NCBI GenBank assembly: GCA_026026165.1
Contig: JAPEUD010000008.1
Span: 124,001-188,000, forward strand
Length of the DNA: 64,000 bases
Reading direction: 5' to 3'
Source: Sarea resinae
Taxonomy: Eukaryota
Part shown: positions 48,462 to 62,099 of the stretch, one piece after another
Position numbering within the stretch: position 1 is the first letter of the stretch
Layout of the letters: each line of letters begins with the position of its first letter
Program-made: the position numbers and the translations under genes
Notes under the pieces: generated by a model
What the model was told of the DNA's origin: nothing
What the model saw: only the letters and a program-made list of their open reading frames with translations
Database searches by the model: none

Positions 48462-50832
48462 CTAACCGCGGATCGCGGTCGGCGCATGCGTCTCTGTGAA
48501 GAACCCCCCATGCATGCTCTGGCGATATGGATATCCAAATGACACTGGTGAAGATGTTCGAGAGTTTAATCCTGACCCAGTCATGGGTGCCGGCGAAGGG
48601 GAGCGCCCAAACCGGGGGCTCTCACTCCGTGGCACTTTATGTTCCTCAAAAGATTCCTTCGCTGACGGACCAGAATTTGACTGCTTTCCAGCTCTTGCAT
48701 TGAGTCCTGAGAATCCGCCGTCAGAAGCACCGTCCGTCTGTGCCGGCAGCGCACTCTCGATCTGTGGTGAGGACTTTCCAGATCCAAACTGCGGCGACAT
48801 ATTAGCAAAAGACCAGGGGTTAGAATTCCTTGGCGCTTCGAGAACGTACGAAGCAATACTTGTCCAGCAATTCGTGGTAGGAGGAAGACTGCAGCGATGG
48901 CTTTTGTGATGTCAGCGCATCCATTTTCGGCGAACCAGTTCCGTTCGGCGCGTTTGTTTTGGCCTGATTTGCCTGATCGCGAACGCCATTTCCTTGGGAA
49001 GACATCCTCATGCGATGAGATTGGGCAGTGGATGGTTTTTCAACAATCTCGTTTCCTTTGGAGAAGTACTTCGGATCGGGATTCGACGGGCTTTTCGCCT
49101 TCAGGCCACTTCGCTCGCCAAGAGCGCTGTTGGCGGCATTGATGGCCGCCGACAGAGATGCGCTAAAGTCGTATCTGTTGCCAAAAGCCTGTCCGGGAGG
49201 TGACGTTCGAGGTAAATTGGCATCCTCTGGAATGACACTCCTTGCAGGTTTGGGATTCTTGAAGCGAATCGTGGATGACGGTGATTCGTCAATGACTTTA
49301 GCGGGAGGGTGTTGAAGACCAAAATCATATTTGTTGTCGAAGGAGCCCGCAAAATCATCGAAGGATATGGGCATCGAGCGTGGCCTTCCAGTTTCAAGAG
49401 CTGGTGGAGAGGGCCTGCTACGCGGGAGAGATTTTAATGGGCGAGCAGCTGCTCCTTGCATCCCTTGCTTGCCATTCTGCGGCTTCGCTTTCTTCGAGAA
49501 ATCAACTTGGAAATTTATGGAGCCATTACTGTCCCAGAACTCTTGACCGTTGACATTGTATCGAACGCAGAAGAACATCGTCTTATTCTCCAGATTGGCT
49601 TGGTCCGCAAGTTTGATGCTGAAGTTGAAGCGATCATAACCGTCGTTGATCTGCTTCTTGCGAACGTCATTATTATACTCTGCAACCACCTCCGACGTCG
49701 TCTTCCAGTAGTCGAGAGTAAATCTAGCGGCAACGAATTTGTGAAAGGCAATGTTTGCGACAGCGACGGATCCTATAAGGTTTCTATTATCAGCCGAAAG
49801 GAAGACACGCTCGACTCGAACAGGCAATTCCCTCCGCTGAGGAGTATCGGCAGGAAAGTTCGATAGCCGGATCTCCCATTCGAAAGGTGGAGGCCTAAGG
49901 CGATACGAGTCTTCGTGGCTCCACGGAAAATCCGCTTCGCCGTCGTGGGTTTCAACTGGTGAGGAGCCGGCACTGACTGCCACAGGACGATCGACTTTCA
50001 GGAAATGTCGGACGTGCTCGAGATGGGAGTCGAAATGGACTGCTTTGCCATACGTTGGAGTTCCGGGCATGCTCGAGGGACGTCTCTGCGAGGAAGGCCT
50101 AAGAGCTGGTTTGACCAATTCGCCAGACTTTTTGCGGACCATGGGCGGTTTTATCCGCAACTCATCATCTTCAACATCGCTATCATCGGAACTTCGCGAT
50201 GGAGTTTCTGGCTGCTTCTCACCAAGCTCGTATAAGATGTTGTCTTCGGTCGAAGACCTCGAATGCGATATTTTTCTGGCCTCTTTCGACAGAGATGGCA
50301 GCTCCAGTGCCGTCGGTGGAGAGGAGTCGCCATCTTTGTTTGGTATCTGGAGCTCAATCTCTGGCTTATGCTCTCGATGCTGCTCGATTATCCGGACTGC
50401 AGCCTTGAGCTCGGCGAGATTTTCGAGTTGCCGACCCTCTTGTGCTGCATCGCCTTCATCTTCACTGGAGCTTGGAGACGAATTTGGAGGGGAGATCACA
50501 GCGCCTGATGGGATCAACAGGTTATTCACAGGAGACGGTGCTTGATGGAGGCTACCATTTGTATCGGTCGCGCTCTGCTTTCCCAACCCCGAAGTTTGCT
50601 GTTCTTCGGACCGAGTAGTCTCGGCCGGTGGCGAAGAAGCCACAGCGAAGGATGGTGTCCGTCGGTGCCTGGACAGGTATGAAGTGGACCGAGGCAATGC
50701 AGACCCAGACGGCGAAGTCGACGGCGAGTCGACTTCGCCGTAGCTTTTGTTGGACTGCGAGCGTCTCGGCTTGGGGCTTTCGGGTAGCGAGGCGGCAGGC
50801 GATTGTTGTGAAGAGGGCGGAGTGTACGGCAT
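48462..50832 (-). CDS. Protein phosphatase 1 glycogen-targeting regulatory subunit (Gac1-like, CBM21 domain)
   Basis: Exon 50832-48850, intron 48849-48789, exon 48788-48462; PPMVRKKSGELVKPALR, PP1-docking KAVHF, CBM21 GSVAVANIAFHKFVAARFTLDYWKT..FCVRYNVNGQEFWDSN; ends PTAIRG*. Confidence 0.93.
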
Positions 50833-53800
50833 TCGTACGGCTTTGGGGGGGGGTGGCCGGCGAAGATGACTCGAATGACTCAGTTCAGGGTAGGAGGCAC
50901 CAGTCGTAAGGTATTAACGTGCAAAGTTCATTAAGAGATGCGAAGAGAAAGATGTGCACTTTGGATGCAAGACAGGTCAGCCAGGCAAATCAGGTTGAGC
51001 GGGTCCGTGACATATAGGAAGGGCGAGATCGAGAAGCAGGAATGAAGATTGCCAGTGGTCACTCACAGAATGAATAAATCCTAGATCGAGGCTGTCTAGG
51101 CAGTACAGGACGATGATGCTCGAGGATGCCAAGTTTGGGACCGGACTTCGACGCGGCTTTGATGTATTGGCAGAATGCAAGAGCAAATGATGGGATCGTG
51201 AGATCAACCTTCAAGTACGCTCGATTGCAGAAATGCAGGACAAAGTCGACGACGACCTGTCTGTTGTGAATGCCGGGCTCAGAGTGAACGAGAAACCGGA
51301 TCGAGAAACTCGCTAAGCAAAGACGTCAAAGGCGTCTCGTCGAGTTGGATCTTCCAACGTTCACGCGTGTTGCATGGCGACGAACGAGGAGAGGGTTGAA
51401 AGGAAGGCTGGGAGTGGCCGTCGTAAGGAAGGAGAATGTGCAAATGGAGAGAGGAAGAAGTGATGTTGAGAGAGGAACGTGAGGGTTGTAGGAGAAGGAG
51501 GAGTAGGAGTAGGAGTGCAGAGATTGTGTAGGTAAGTAGTACTGGTGGTAGCAGCAGGCAAAGAGGTCAGATAGATAGGAAGTAGCCAAGTAGTGTTGAG
51601 CGGATGGGGGCGGTAGGCGTTACGAGTTAGAGTCTGATCGAATGGCCGTAGGTTGCGGGTACGGAGGCGGTACGTCAAGATACTGCCATCGCTATTCCAC
51701 TTCTCTGTCTCTCGGTCTCTGTCTCTGTCCGTCCTCTCCTCCCAGGATCTGCGATGGGGGGGAGGGGGGTTCGTTAGTGGTGGGAGCAGCAGGAGCAGCA
51801 GGAGCAGCAGGAGCAGCATACGAAGCACTCCGTGGTAAGGTAAGACGCCGCACACTGCGAGCTACTGCAACTCGTCCCTTAGCACCTGCGCATCCATGCA
51901 AATGTCGTTGACTGGCGCACGAGCGACCTCACGCCGACCACACGCCGACCCAGCTGGGAAGCCAAGGCCCAGGCGAGAATGGAATCCTGGCGCGGACATG
52001 ACCGGCACCACAATTGCCCATCCTCCTTCCTCCCTCCTCACGGTACATCTCCCATCCGGGGTGCCCATCCATGGCGCAGGCCATCATCCATGGGCATCCG
52101 TATTTACCTCTTACTGACCGCATGTACTCCGTAATCTTGACACCACCCTCAACCGACCAGGGCGCAAAGACACACTGCACGGCCGACTAGCGGCGGCATC
52201 GCTCATCTTCTATCTCTTTGGGCGTGCCTAGGGGGTTGCATCGAGTAGATCCCACAGGGTACGCCTGGGTGCACTTCGTACTCTACATCCAGTGCGCCGG
52301 CTTTCCTCTCGTCGCTACATTACCTACTTGGAGACGACAAGTGCTCTAGCCGAAGATGCTGAAGCAGAAGAGGCGCCGAGAGAGATTACACGGTCGAGCT
52401 CATCTCAAAGACGGCGTTCTATGATCCAATAAGAGAGCACAGTCTTATGAGGGTGACAGAGAGGCGGCAAGTATGTATGTATGCAGGCGTCTCTTTGAAG
52501 CCAAGTGATGGCTCCTGTGGTTCGGAGTAAGATAATTGAGGTACCGCCGGATTTCACTTGGTTGAGAAATCCGCGGGATCCTCGTGGGATCGCGACAGGC
52601 GGCGGGGGGGTTTGTACCTCGATGGCCGCCTATTCCGAAAGCAAGGAATCGAAAGGACCGGGCTCTGACACTCAACACAGCGGCTGTCGCAACAGACTGC
52701 ACCATGTTCATCCATCCCATCCGACCACAATATTAAGGTGATGTGGAGCGTATGGAGTCTCCACGCGGAGTCTCCAGATGGAGATGAAGCGATGAATGCA
52801 TTAGACACTATGTAAGCCAATTGACTACTCCGTACAGTACTTGGTCCGGATCTCGAAGGGTTAGAGTTGATGAAGGTTTGTTGTTACCTAAGTAGGCAAA
52901 CTTGGAAGCAGCGGTGGAGCGATGGCCCAATCGAGTTTCGGCCTCCGCGCGCGCGCAAGATCATGTACTCCGCCACGGACAGCATGAATACAAGTAGTGA
53001 TTCGAATTTACGTACCTGAGGACTTCCAAGTTCACACAAAGTCTGTGTTCTTATTTCCTTAGCTATATCCCGTACCTTGTTCAGTAGCAAGGATCATGAC
53101 CCCCGTGCACGGCCAGTCTCTGGCGACGCCAACTACAAGCGACTTAGGAGGCCGCACTACTCGGACTAAGCGAGAAACCTGCAACGCTTTCGACGGAGAT
53201 AGGAAAGGTGAAATGGACGAAGCGAGCAGAGTCAGATGTTCTTCCTCGCCATCTTCGTTTCCTAGCAACCCGCGATCTCGATCTGTCCTGAGAAGCCCAT
53301 GTTTGACTTTTTCTTCCTGAAGCCAGCCGTTATACGTTACGGGAGGCTCAAGTCGACCTGAGAGGTCAGTGCGAGGCCTGCCAAAAAACAAACCTCCTCG
53401 ACAGTATTTGTTTGTTGACGCTTTTCGAAAGGAGGACTTCACTCCCCAAACATCTCTGACCACCTCGACTTGATCATTGCTGTCCCGACAGCAGGTCATC
53501 GATGTGCTTATGACATGCCTATCGACGTAAACCCTCCAATGGTAACGAAGTCAATGACGCTGCGGAGCAACTAAGTGTTTCTACCTAAGGTAGGTAGGTT
53601 CCAAGCTTTGCGTGATCCCCACATATGTACCTACTACAGCGGCTGTCTAGGTACTAAGGTAATGTTCTGCTTTGCGCGAGCCAAAATAGCCTCACGACCC
53701 ACAGGTGCTGCAGAGCATAACTGCCTCGACGTCATGGTCAATGCTGCCGTCTTGGTGTAGGGCCTCATCGCAAGATCTATCTGGCCTGGACGGAGAATGA

Positions 53801-56800
53801 GCGCCTCGTAAGCACCACTCAAAGTCGAGAGCAGAGAAGGTAAGGTAGCTTCGCTGACAGCGGCGGAGAGCGGCTCCGTCTCTTCGGATATCGGGAGACT
53901 GATGAGCCTTTGACGATGCTCAAAACAGAGGGCTACGCGACTTTGCACATTATCGCTCGCACAAGGAAATCGGCAAGATCTCGATCGTTTCCTCGTTGAT
54001 ATCCTCATTGAGGTAAGATTAGTGCGTCAAGCGCAAGTAGATACTCCGCACTCTCGAGTAGAGCACCAGTGGTACGGAGTAGAGTATTCTAAGGAAGTCT
54101 CGGAGCAGTACTGGTTAGTCATCCTAAGGTTTTCGGAAGTACAAGCAATGTAATCAGTCCCCAAAGTCTTGATCTTCGATGAAAAGCACAGTCATCAGTG
54201 CGATTGTTATTCGTAGTGCGGGATGGCGACTGCCCGCCGTAACCCGAGCGGATTGGGACGGGATTGTCAGACCATGCTGATAAAGTTGGTACAGAATCAT
54301 CCACTTTGTCCTATTTGCTCCGGGAGCGAGAGGCTAGGTACCTTACCTAGCTGAAGACCGAAAGTGATAGCATGCGTTTGGTGAAACGCCGTTCTACTGT
54401 GAGGCACTACGGACCGGATCTAGTGTCTAGGCAGTGATTTCAAGATAAGAGCAAATCTGAAGAGAATGGAACAACCCGTCGAATGCGTTCTTCCTCCAAT
54501 CACCTTTGCACGAGATTGCGGCTGCGTTCGGAAGACCCTTGTTCGTGTCTAAAGAAACGGCAGAAAAGTCTACGAGGCAGGGAGGCTCATCTTGGCGTGC
54601 ACTCACCGCCAAGGCTAGATTGATCAGACAAAATGTGATTTCTGATATTTTGCATCCCGCTGTTGGCTGTTGTTACCGTTCATTCCCGCAATAGATGCTC
54701 CAGAGTCCCACGATACCCGAAAATCGGATCACCGACAGACTGGCCCTTTGTCAGGAGATGAGGGGCTGCAGCAATGGCCTTCATCGTCGACTTGGCCAGA
54801 TTGATGACTTCAGGTCCATTTCTGAACTTTTTCGCCATTTTCGTCGGATCGTGCTGATAATCATAGCCGAGACCTGTCGATCAGCCATCCATACTACCTG
54901 TAGGTATCCATAGTACTCCGGAGTACCTAAGGAACGTACAGATTCGTCTTAGTACGTACCGGAAACGAGGACACAATGCTTTGTAAGTACGAAGTGCGCT
55001 CCGATTCCATCTGTTCGAGCGTCCTCGGTGGCTTCTAGCCACCGTAACGGGCACGAGCGAGCACGAAGAGCGACGCAACACCGTTGCGTATTCAGAAAGG
55101 ATCCGCGGACCTCGAGAATGATACCAGATCCAACAGCCTATCGCTGCAAGTAACGAGCGCACTGCCTTCCCTTGCGCCATATCTATTCCAGCCCTTTGAG
55201 AACACTAACACCTACCATACATACATGAATATGCGACCATGCGTTCGGAAGATAAGGTCAGGGCGATAAACCCAATCGATTTGTGGTTAGCAGACCCAAA
55301 GTCTTAGTGCAGAAGCCAAGGACCCTCCGGCCTCGGACGAGTTACGTCCGCGTCAACCGCCACCGTCGCAGGAGGCCGTCGCAGGAGTACGAGGACGAGT
55401 AGAAGCTGCATATTCCCAGCGCGAACTCGAAACCACACCACATACGTTTCGAAATCAATATTAGATATTTTTCTTTACACCTTATTTGGCGCCTTGTCTG
55501 AATTTATGTCTTCGAAGGGTGTCATTGTATACAATAGACCAGATATTCAAGTCAATGCGCTCCTTCGAGTCCGAGCGCAGCAACAGGCTCTTTTCTGTTG
55601 AGGCGGGGTACAGAAGGAAGGCTGGCGCTCTCATACTGCGGGGTTGCCAACCATCCTCTGCTCGGGCTGCGCTGTCGAAGCACTCTCAATGGCCTTGAAA
55701 TCGTGCCTACCGTGCGTGTTACCACACTCTGGACCGTTTGCTATGACCAGCGCAGAATCTGGAAGTTTAATATCAGAGAGATGGGTCTCTCGTCCAAGGA
55801 CATCGAAATCCCGAGAAAGAAGGAAGCGAAGCTTGCTCACTTCGATTGAGAGCTAGAGTGTAATCGAGAGCAGACGGTAGTCCTCCTGATAATGCAATCG
55901 CCGTGATCATGCGATGAATGAGGAAGAAGATGAATCTGACTCTCACATCCAGCAATAACAGAGTGATAAGGCGATCTTGTCTAACAGTACAAAGGTGCCT
56001 TACTGACTTCACTTTGGTCACCAATTCAACATGCTTGACGAAATCATATCGTAAAGCTGGAATAATCGTTGTGGGATGGCTTATTGTGGGACGCCGATCA
56101 GCAAGGGTTGCTCTTGAGGCGTACGCAAGTACTGGTGACAACTGGGAAACTTGAACTTCAACCGAGCGCCCAGATCAACAAAAACTTCTCATTCGACATG
56201 CGCATCCTTCCGAGCCCAGTCGCATGAGACGATCCTCGTTGCGGGATCTCCAAGGGGTATCAGTCTATGGTGGCGTCGCCGGGCTTGTCGCGGCTTGTCC
56301 ACGGCTTCGAGTAGCACCAAGCAGTATCATGTAAGGGAGGGCAAGTCATCGGGTATTGGGCTTACCAAATCCCATCTATTGTTCCGCCGACGAGATTATG
56401 TGATTGAGGGAGCGGGTGAGCTGTGGGGTGAGCTTAATCTAAGCGCGCTCGATAGGGAATTGTTTACCGTAGATACCTTCCCATTTCGGCTACCTGCAGC
56501 GAGCCCTCTGAGACTTCACCAGACAGAGTCCATGATAGGATATCAGGTTGCGTGGAAGCACTTCACATGTCCAGAGGGCAATGCGTCCAGCAGGATACGA
56601 ACGTCAGTGATCGACTGATATCTCGCCTCCCGTCCCTTTGCTGCTTGAGCCTTGCCATTGGCCTCATATTATTGGCATGAGAGGTAGCACCTTCCTCGGT
56701 ACGATACCTCCTCAATTGCGAAGAAGCAAGTCTGGCGGGCTGATTACATACTTTGATACGCTGTTCACCGCCAGGGCTGACCTCACCCGTCTTCCACATT

Positions 56801-58255
56801 GTGACTCTACCTTGCTCACCCAGGGGTCAGATTAAGACCTGGTGGGTGAGGCTTCCATCTCGATCCAGTGGACAGGCTTCGAGAAAGTTCTGTGACGTGT
56901 TAGACGGGGAGAGTGACGCACCACTCTCGATCATTGCTTTTTGTCTCGGGGTCGTTTGTGTTGTACATGGCCTTCTACTGGGCTGGGCTTCCGTTCCGTG
57001 ATGCTACATGAACATGCGGCTATTCGAATTTATGAGTATCTCGTGCTATTCTCTCCTCTACGCCTCCATTCCTTCATCGCCGGGCCCACACATTCTCATC
57101 TTTTTCAATCCTGCATCTAGGGCATTTCGAAAGAGCGGGCCTACTCCTGTCCGGCTGCGTATCAGTTTCATTTATTGAATGCGAACTCCTGCAGTCAAGT
57201 TCAGTACCTATCATTGGATAACGCAATTCCCGCCACATGGCCTAAATTACTCATGTGTCGAATGCAGCTGTTTCAAACCCTGCGGACGATTAGGTGACTG
57301 CTATGATCTCACTTCATTAAAGAGGGGCCGATCAATGAGGGGTTTGGCGCCTAAGTGGGAAGGACTCTGCCATATTTTTCATTCTGGGTTTCTGCTCTTT
57401 CCGCGGCCTTTGTTCATGCTGCATAGGCTCTTCTAAGTCTCGCATCAGTCTTGAAAGAGTTGAAATGCTGAAATACAGGCGATGATGCAGAACAGAAGCG
57501 TGCTTCAGATTAAAGTAAATTGTATGGGCCTTCGATGCTCTTTCTACGAGGCTCGTTGCCAGACATACCTATGCCAACTTCACGCTGCAGGTTCATTTGC
57601 AGACGCTCCACAGCTGGCCAGGGACTTAATCAATATCCATATCTACGACATTGATTTAATAACTAGGGTATCCAAAATCCGTTGACAGGTCTCGAGCCTC
57701 GATATGTACGTCTGAGGAGAATTAGCAAAGGACGGGTCACTTTATGCAAACCATGGCGGAATTATCCTCTCGAACTGGCGTATATAGATTGGTATTGATT
57801 CAGACTATTAAACCTTTACATATCTCATTATCACCACCAACTACGAGGTTGACTTGGGCGCACGCGTCCAAGTCGTGTTGATTGAGGGCACCGAATACCT
57901 TCAAGGGGTCCGAAGCGGCCGAATGTGGTTTAGCGCCGAAAGCGACGAGCGAGGGTAACCATATTCGTAACTTGACACTTTTGTGCGGTAGCAGTGCGCG
58001 TGAACCCAACAGCCAAACAGCCCGCAGAACGCTCAAATTCCAGCTTTTCGGGCTCGCAGCTTTGAATTGCATCGTTTGAGTCGCCGCCCAAGCGTTGTCA
58101 AGACTGATATGTCTCTACCAATCTCTCGATAATCCTCTAGACCACGGTCCACTTCCTATTCTCCGTCGACGAATCCCCGCGAGGACACATTGTCATCTGC
58201 GAGCGAGGCCACATCACTCTCTTGAGCATTGCAAAGGCACGAGCGATTGCGACTC

Positions 58256-61200
58256 ATGTCTGACTTTCAGATGTTCCATGCGCTGGGGCAAGGGGAGCAG
58301 GAGAACGACCGGAACAGCCCTAAATTACCTCAACCAGCCGCTCCCCAATTTCGGCCTCCAGTCGCTCCAGGCCCGGGGGGCTATCAGCAATCGGGCTCAT
58401 CATACGGTGCCTCGGCTCCCAATTACCCTCAGACCCAATACGCAGCAAATCCACCAGCTGCGTATCAAGATTATGGCCTTCCCACTCCAGAGCAGGGGTA
58501 TTTCCCCTCCGGTCAGCCATCGCCAGCTTTACCTTCCGAGGGCACCGTTGGAGGAATATCATCGCAGATGGGTGGTTTGGGGCTAGGGGATGGCCATAGC
58601 ACTGTGCGAAGCCATAAAAAGAAGGACCGACATGCATACCATACTCTAGATACTCCAGGCTCATCACAAGCCTTCAATGGCCTCCCACCCGGTATGGCTA
58701 GTACACCAACGCAATTCCTGGATTCAAATTCGCCTCAACCTCAAAATGCCTTCGCCTCTACTCCGTACATGGGCCAACAGCCTTCACCGGCCATGTCTCA
58801 ATTCCCCGTGCCAGCGAATGCTCCTTTTAGCCCGGCTAATCCTCCCTCGTCTGGTATGGAATATGGAGCTCGACCATACTTCGGCGGATCGAACCCACCC
58901 ATTACTCCCACGAGCAGTGGGCGACCAGGTTCGCAGCAAGGGCGAGTCGACCCTGAGCAAATCCCCAGCATCCCGCGGTCAAGAGACGGACCTGCCCAAT
59001 TTTACCTGGACCACCTGTTTCCTACAATGGAACGCCATCTGCCGCCCCCTGCAGCTATACCCTTCATTGCTCATGACCAAGGGAATTCCTCTCCAAAATT
59101 TGCTCGGTTGACCCTGAATAGTATTCCGTCGACTTCTGATGCTCTGACCAGTACGGGGCTTCCTCTAGGATTGGTCCTTCAACCCTTGGCTGCTCTGCAA
59201 GCTGGCGAGCAGTCCATACCTGTACTTGATTTTGGAGAGTCTGGCCCTCCCCGGTGCAGAAGATGCAGAACATACATCAACCCATTCATGACGTTCCGTT
59301 CTGGCGGAAACAAGTTTGTCTGCAACATGTGCACCTTTCCCAATGACGTTGCCCCAGACTATTTCTCCCCAACAGACCCGTCTGGCATTCGTGTCGATAG
59401 ATCGCAAAGACCCGAGTTGACCTTGGGAACAGTTGAATTTATGGTTCCCAAGGAGTACTGGGCAAAGGGACCTAGTCCACTTCGATGGCTCTTCTTAATA
59501 GACGTGAGCCAAGAAGCTTTAAACAAGGGCTTTTTGGAAGGCTTTTGTGAAGGAATCATGGGAGCACTCTATGGCGAAGACGAGGGTGCAAATGATGGCG
59601 AAGAAAACGGCGAAGAAAAGCCGAAGAAGTTACCTGCAGGGTCTAAAGTTGGTATTATCACATATGATAAGGATGTCCACTTCTACAACCTCAGCGTAGG
59701 CGTCCCATGAAGTAGCTCAAATTTCATGTTACTGATTGCTTTATAGGCTGGATTGGATCAAGCGCAGATGATGGTTATGCCAGACATTGAAGATCCTTTC
59801 GTTCCGTTGAGCGAGGGTCTCTTCGTGGACCCTGAGGAATCTCGGTATGAAGTAGTTAATCGCGTGAAAAAGTCTGGCATCGCTCACATTTTCAGGTCTG
59901 TCATCACGTCACTCTTGACTCATTTGCCTACACTATTCTCTCAAGTAAAGAATCCGGAACCTGCTCTTCTCCCTACCTTGAATGCTGCACTCTCAGCACT
60001 GTCAGCTACTGGCGGTAAGATTGTATGCTCGCTGTCCGCCCTTCCAACCTGGGGTCCAGGGAGACTTTTCATGCGGGACGATGGCAAGATACACAATACA
60101 GAGAGCGAGAGAAAACTCTTCACAACCGAACATCCTGGGTGGAAGAAGACTGGAGCTAAAATGATTGAGAGCGGAGTCGGGGTGGATTTCTTCCTTGCTG
60201 TTAGCGGAGGCGGGTACCTGGATGTAGCGACCGTTGGTATGATACCTTTTTCAGAAAGGCTGCAGCAATTGAAATGACTGACAGACCATAGGACATGTTT
60301 CCGCTATTACAGGGGGGGAGACATTCTACTATCCGAATTTCCATGCACCCCGGGATACCCTGAAATTATCGCAAGAAATAAAGCATACGGTCACTCGCGA
60401 GACTGGCTATCAAGCTCTGATGAAAGTACGATGTTCGAACGGCTTACAGGTACTGTCTTATCATGGCAACTTCCTCCAGCACACTTTTGGGGCCGACCTG
60501 GAATTTGGCGTTATTGATGCAGACAAAGCCATTGGTGTGATGTTCAGTTACGATGGCAAGCTAGATCCGAAACTAGATGCCCACTTTCAGAGTGCTCTTC
60601 TCTACACGACTGCAAGTGGCGAACGGCGGGTCAGATGCATCAACGTTGTTGCAAGTGTGAGCGAGGGAGGTATGGAAGGAATGAAGCATGTGGACCAAGA
60701 TGCGGTTGTAAACATGATATCCAAAGAAGGTGAGTACCTGGAATTTGGACATGTACGTTTCCCAAATGCTAACATATGGTTGCAGCTGCGACAAGGATGT
60801 CAGAGCGAACACTTAAAGATATTCGAGGCGCCCTCACGGAGAAGACGGTGGATATTCTGGCAGGCTACAGAAAGAATTTTTCCGGGTCACATCCGCCTGG
60901 ACAGCTAGTGTTGCCGGAGAATCTCAAAGAGTTCAGCTTGTACATACTGGGACTGCTAAAGTCAAGAGCATTCAAGGGTAAGATACAGTATCACCTTTCT
61001 ATTTGCAACTTCCGGGAAAGGAGAGAGTAACCAATGTCTAGGTGGCCCTGAACCCACGGACCGAAGAACATATGAGATGCGCATGATCAAATCCATGGGT
61101 GCACTGGAGCTATCGCTATACCTTTATCCCCGAATAATAGCCATCCACAACCTCAACGAACTGGTACGTCGTTGACACAACAAAGTCCACCTTCCAGAAT

Positions 61201-61905
61201 CTCTTCTCCGAGCAGAAAGAAACAGCCATCGCCAATTACCCAAAGACTCTTTTGACTAATTCATTCAATTGACAGGACGGTTTCCCCAATGAAAACGGCC
61301 ACCTCCGCGTACCCCCCACTATCCGCGCCTCGTTTGGCCGCATCGAAGAAGGTGGCGCCTATTTAGTCGATAACGGCCAAGTCTGCCTTCTCTGGATGCA
61401 CTCGCAAGTATCGCCCAATCTCATCGCGGATCTCTTCGGCGACTCCCACGCGACACTCCAATCGCTCGATCCGTTCACTTCGGCCCTGCCTGTTCTCGAC
61501 ACGCACCTCAACGCCCAGGTCCGCAATATACTGCAGTATCTCAGCACGGTGCGTGGGTCCAAGGCATTGACGATCCAGCTGGCACGGCAAGGCATCGATG
61601 GCGCCGAGTACGAGTTTGCGCGCATGTTGGTCGAGGACCGGAACAATGAGGCCCAGAGCTATGTTGATTGGCTTGTGCATATCCATCGGCAGATTCAACT
61701 GGAGGTAGGTTTATACTTCAAGACTTGACGCCTAATTCTATTCTATTTTCTTTGCCTCGGGTTGAGAAGAAACCCGAGTTTGTGTCTAAGGTGGCTGATG
61801 TTTGTTGTGCTTGTCTAGCTCGCCGGCCATCGCAAGAAAGAAGAATCCCTCGATGCAGCGACGTCGCTGTCTACGTTCGCCGGCATGAAACCGCCGTACT
61901 GGTAA
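58256..61905 (+). CDS. SFB3: COPII coat Sec24-family subunit (Sfb3/Lst1, Sec24C/D-like)
   Basis: Pro/Gln-rich N-terminus; DQGNSSPKFARLT, zinc finger PPRCRRCRTYINPF..CNMC, RPELTLGTVEF, FLIDVS, MKVRCSNGL, HFQSALLYT, LPENLK, SYVDWLVHIHRQI; multi-exon; last exon ..GMKPPYW* ends at 61905. Confidence 0.93.
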
Positions 61906-62099
61906 ACCGGAATCCTATTCTTGGCCAATGTTTCTTCATGAGAGAAGGAATACCGAGGGAGGGCGGAGGGAGGGAGGGAGGGAATAGGGTCGTCGGGGCG
62001 GGTTAAATACAGTATAGGTGCTTGATCAAATAGTGCAGCCAGCTAGGACTTGGCTGGTGGGCTCCGAATATATATCGCTCACTCACAATTTCGTGCCCC

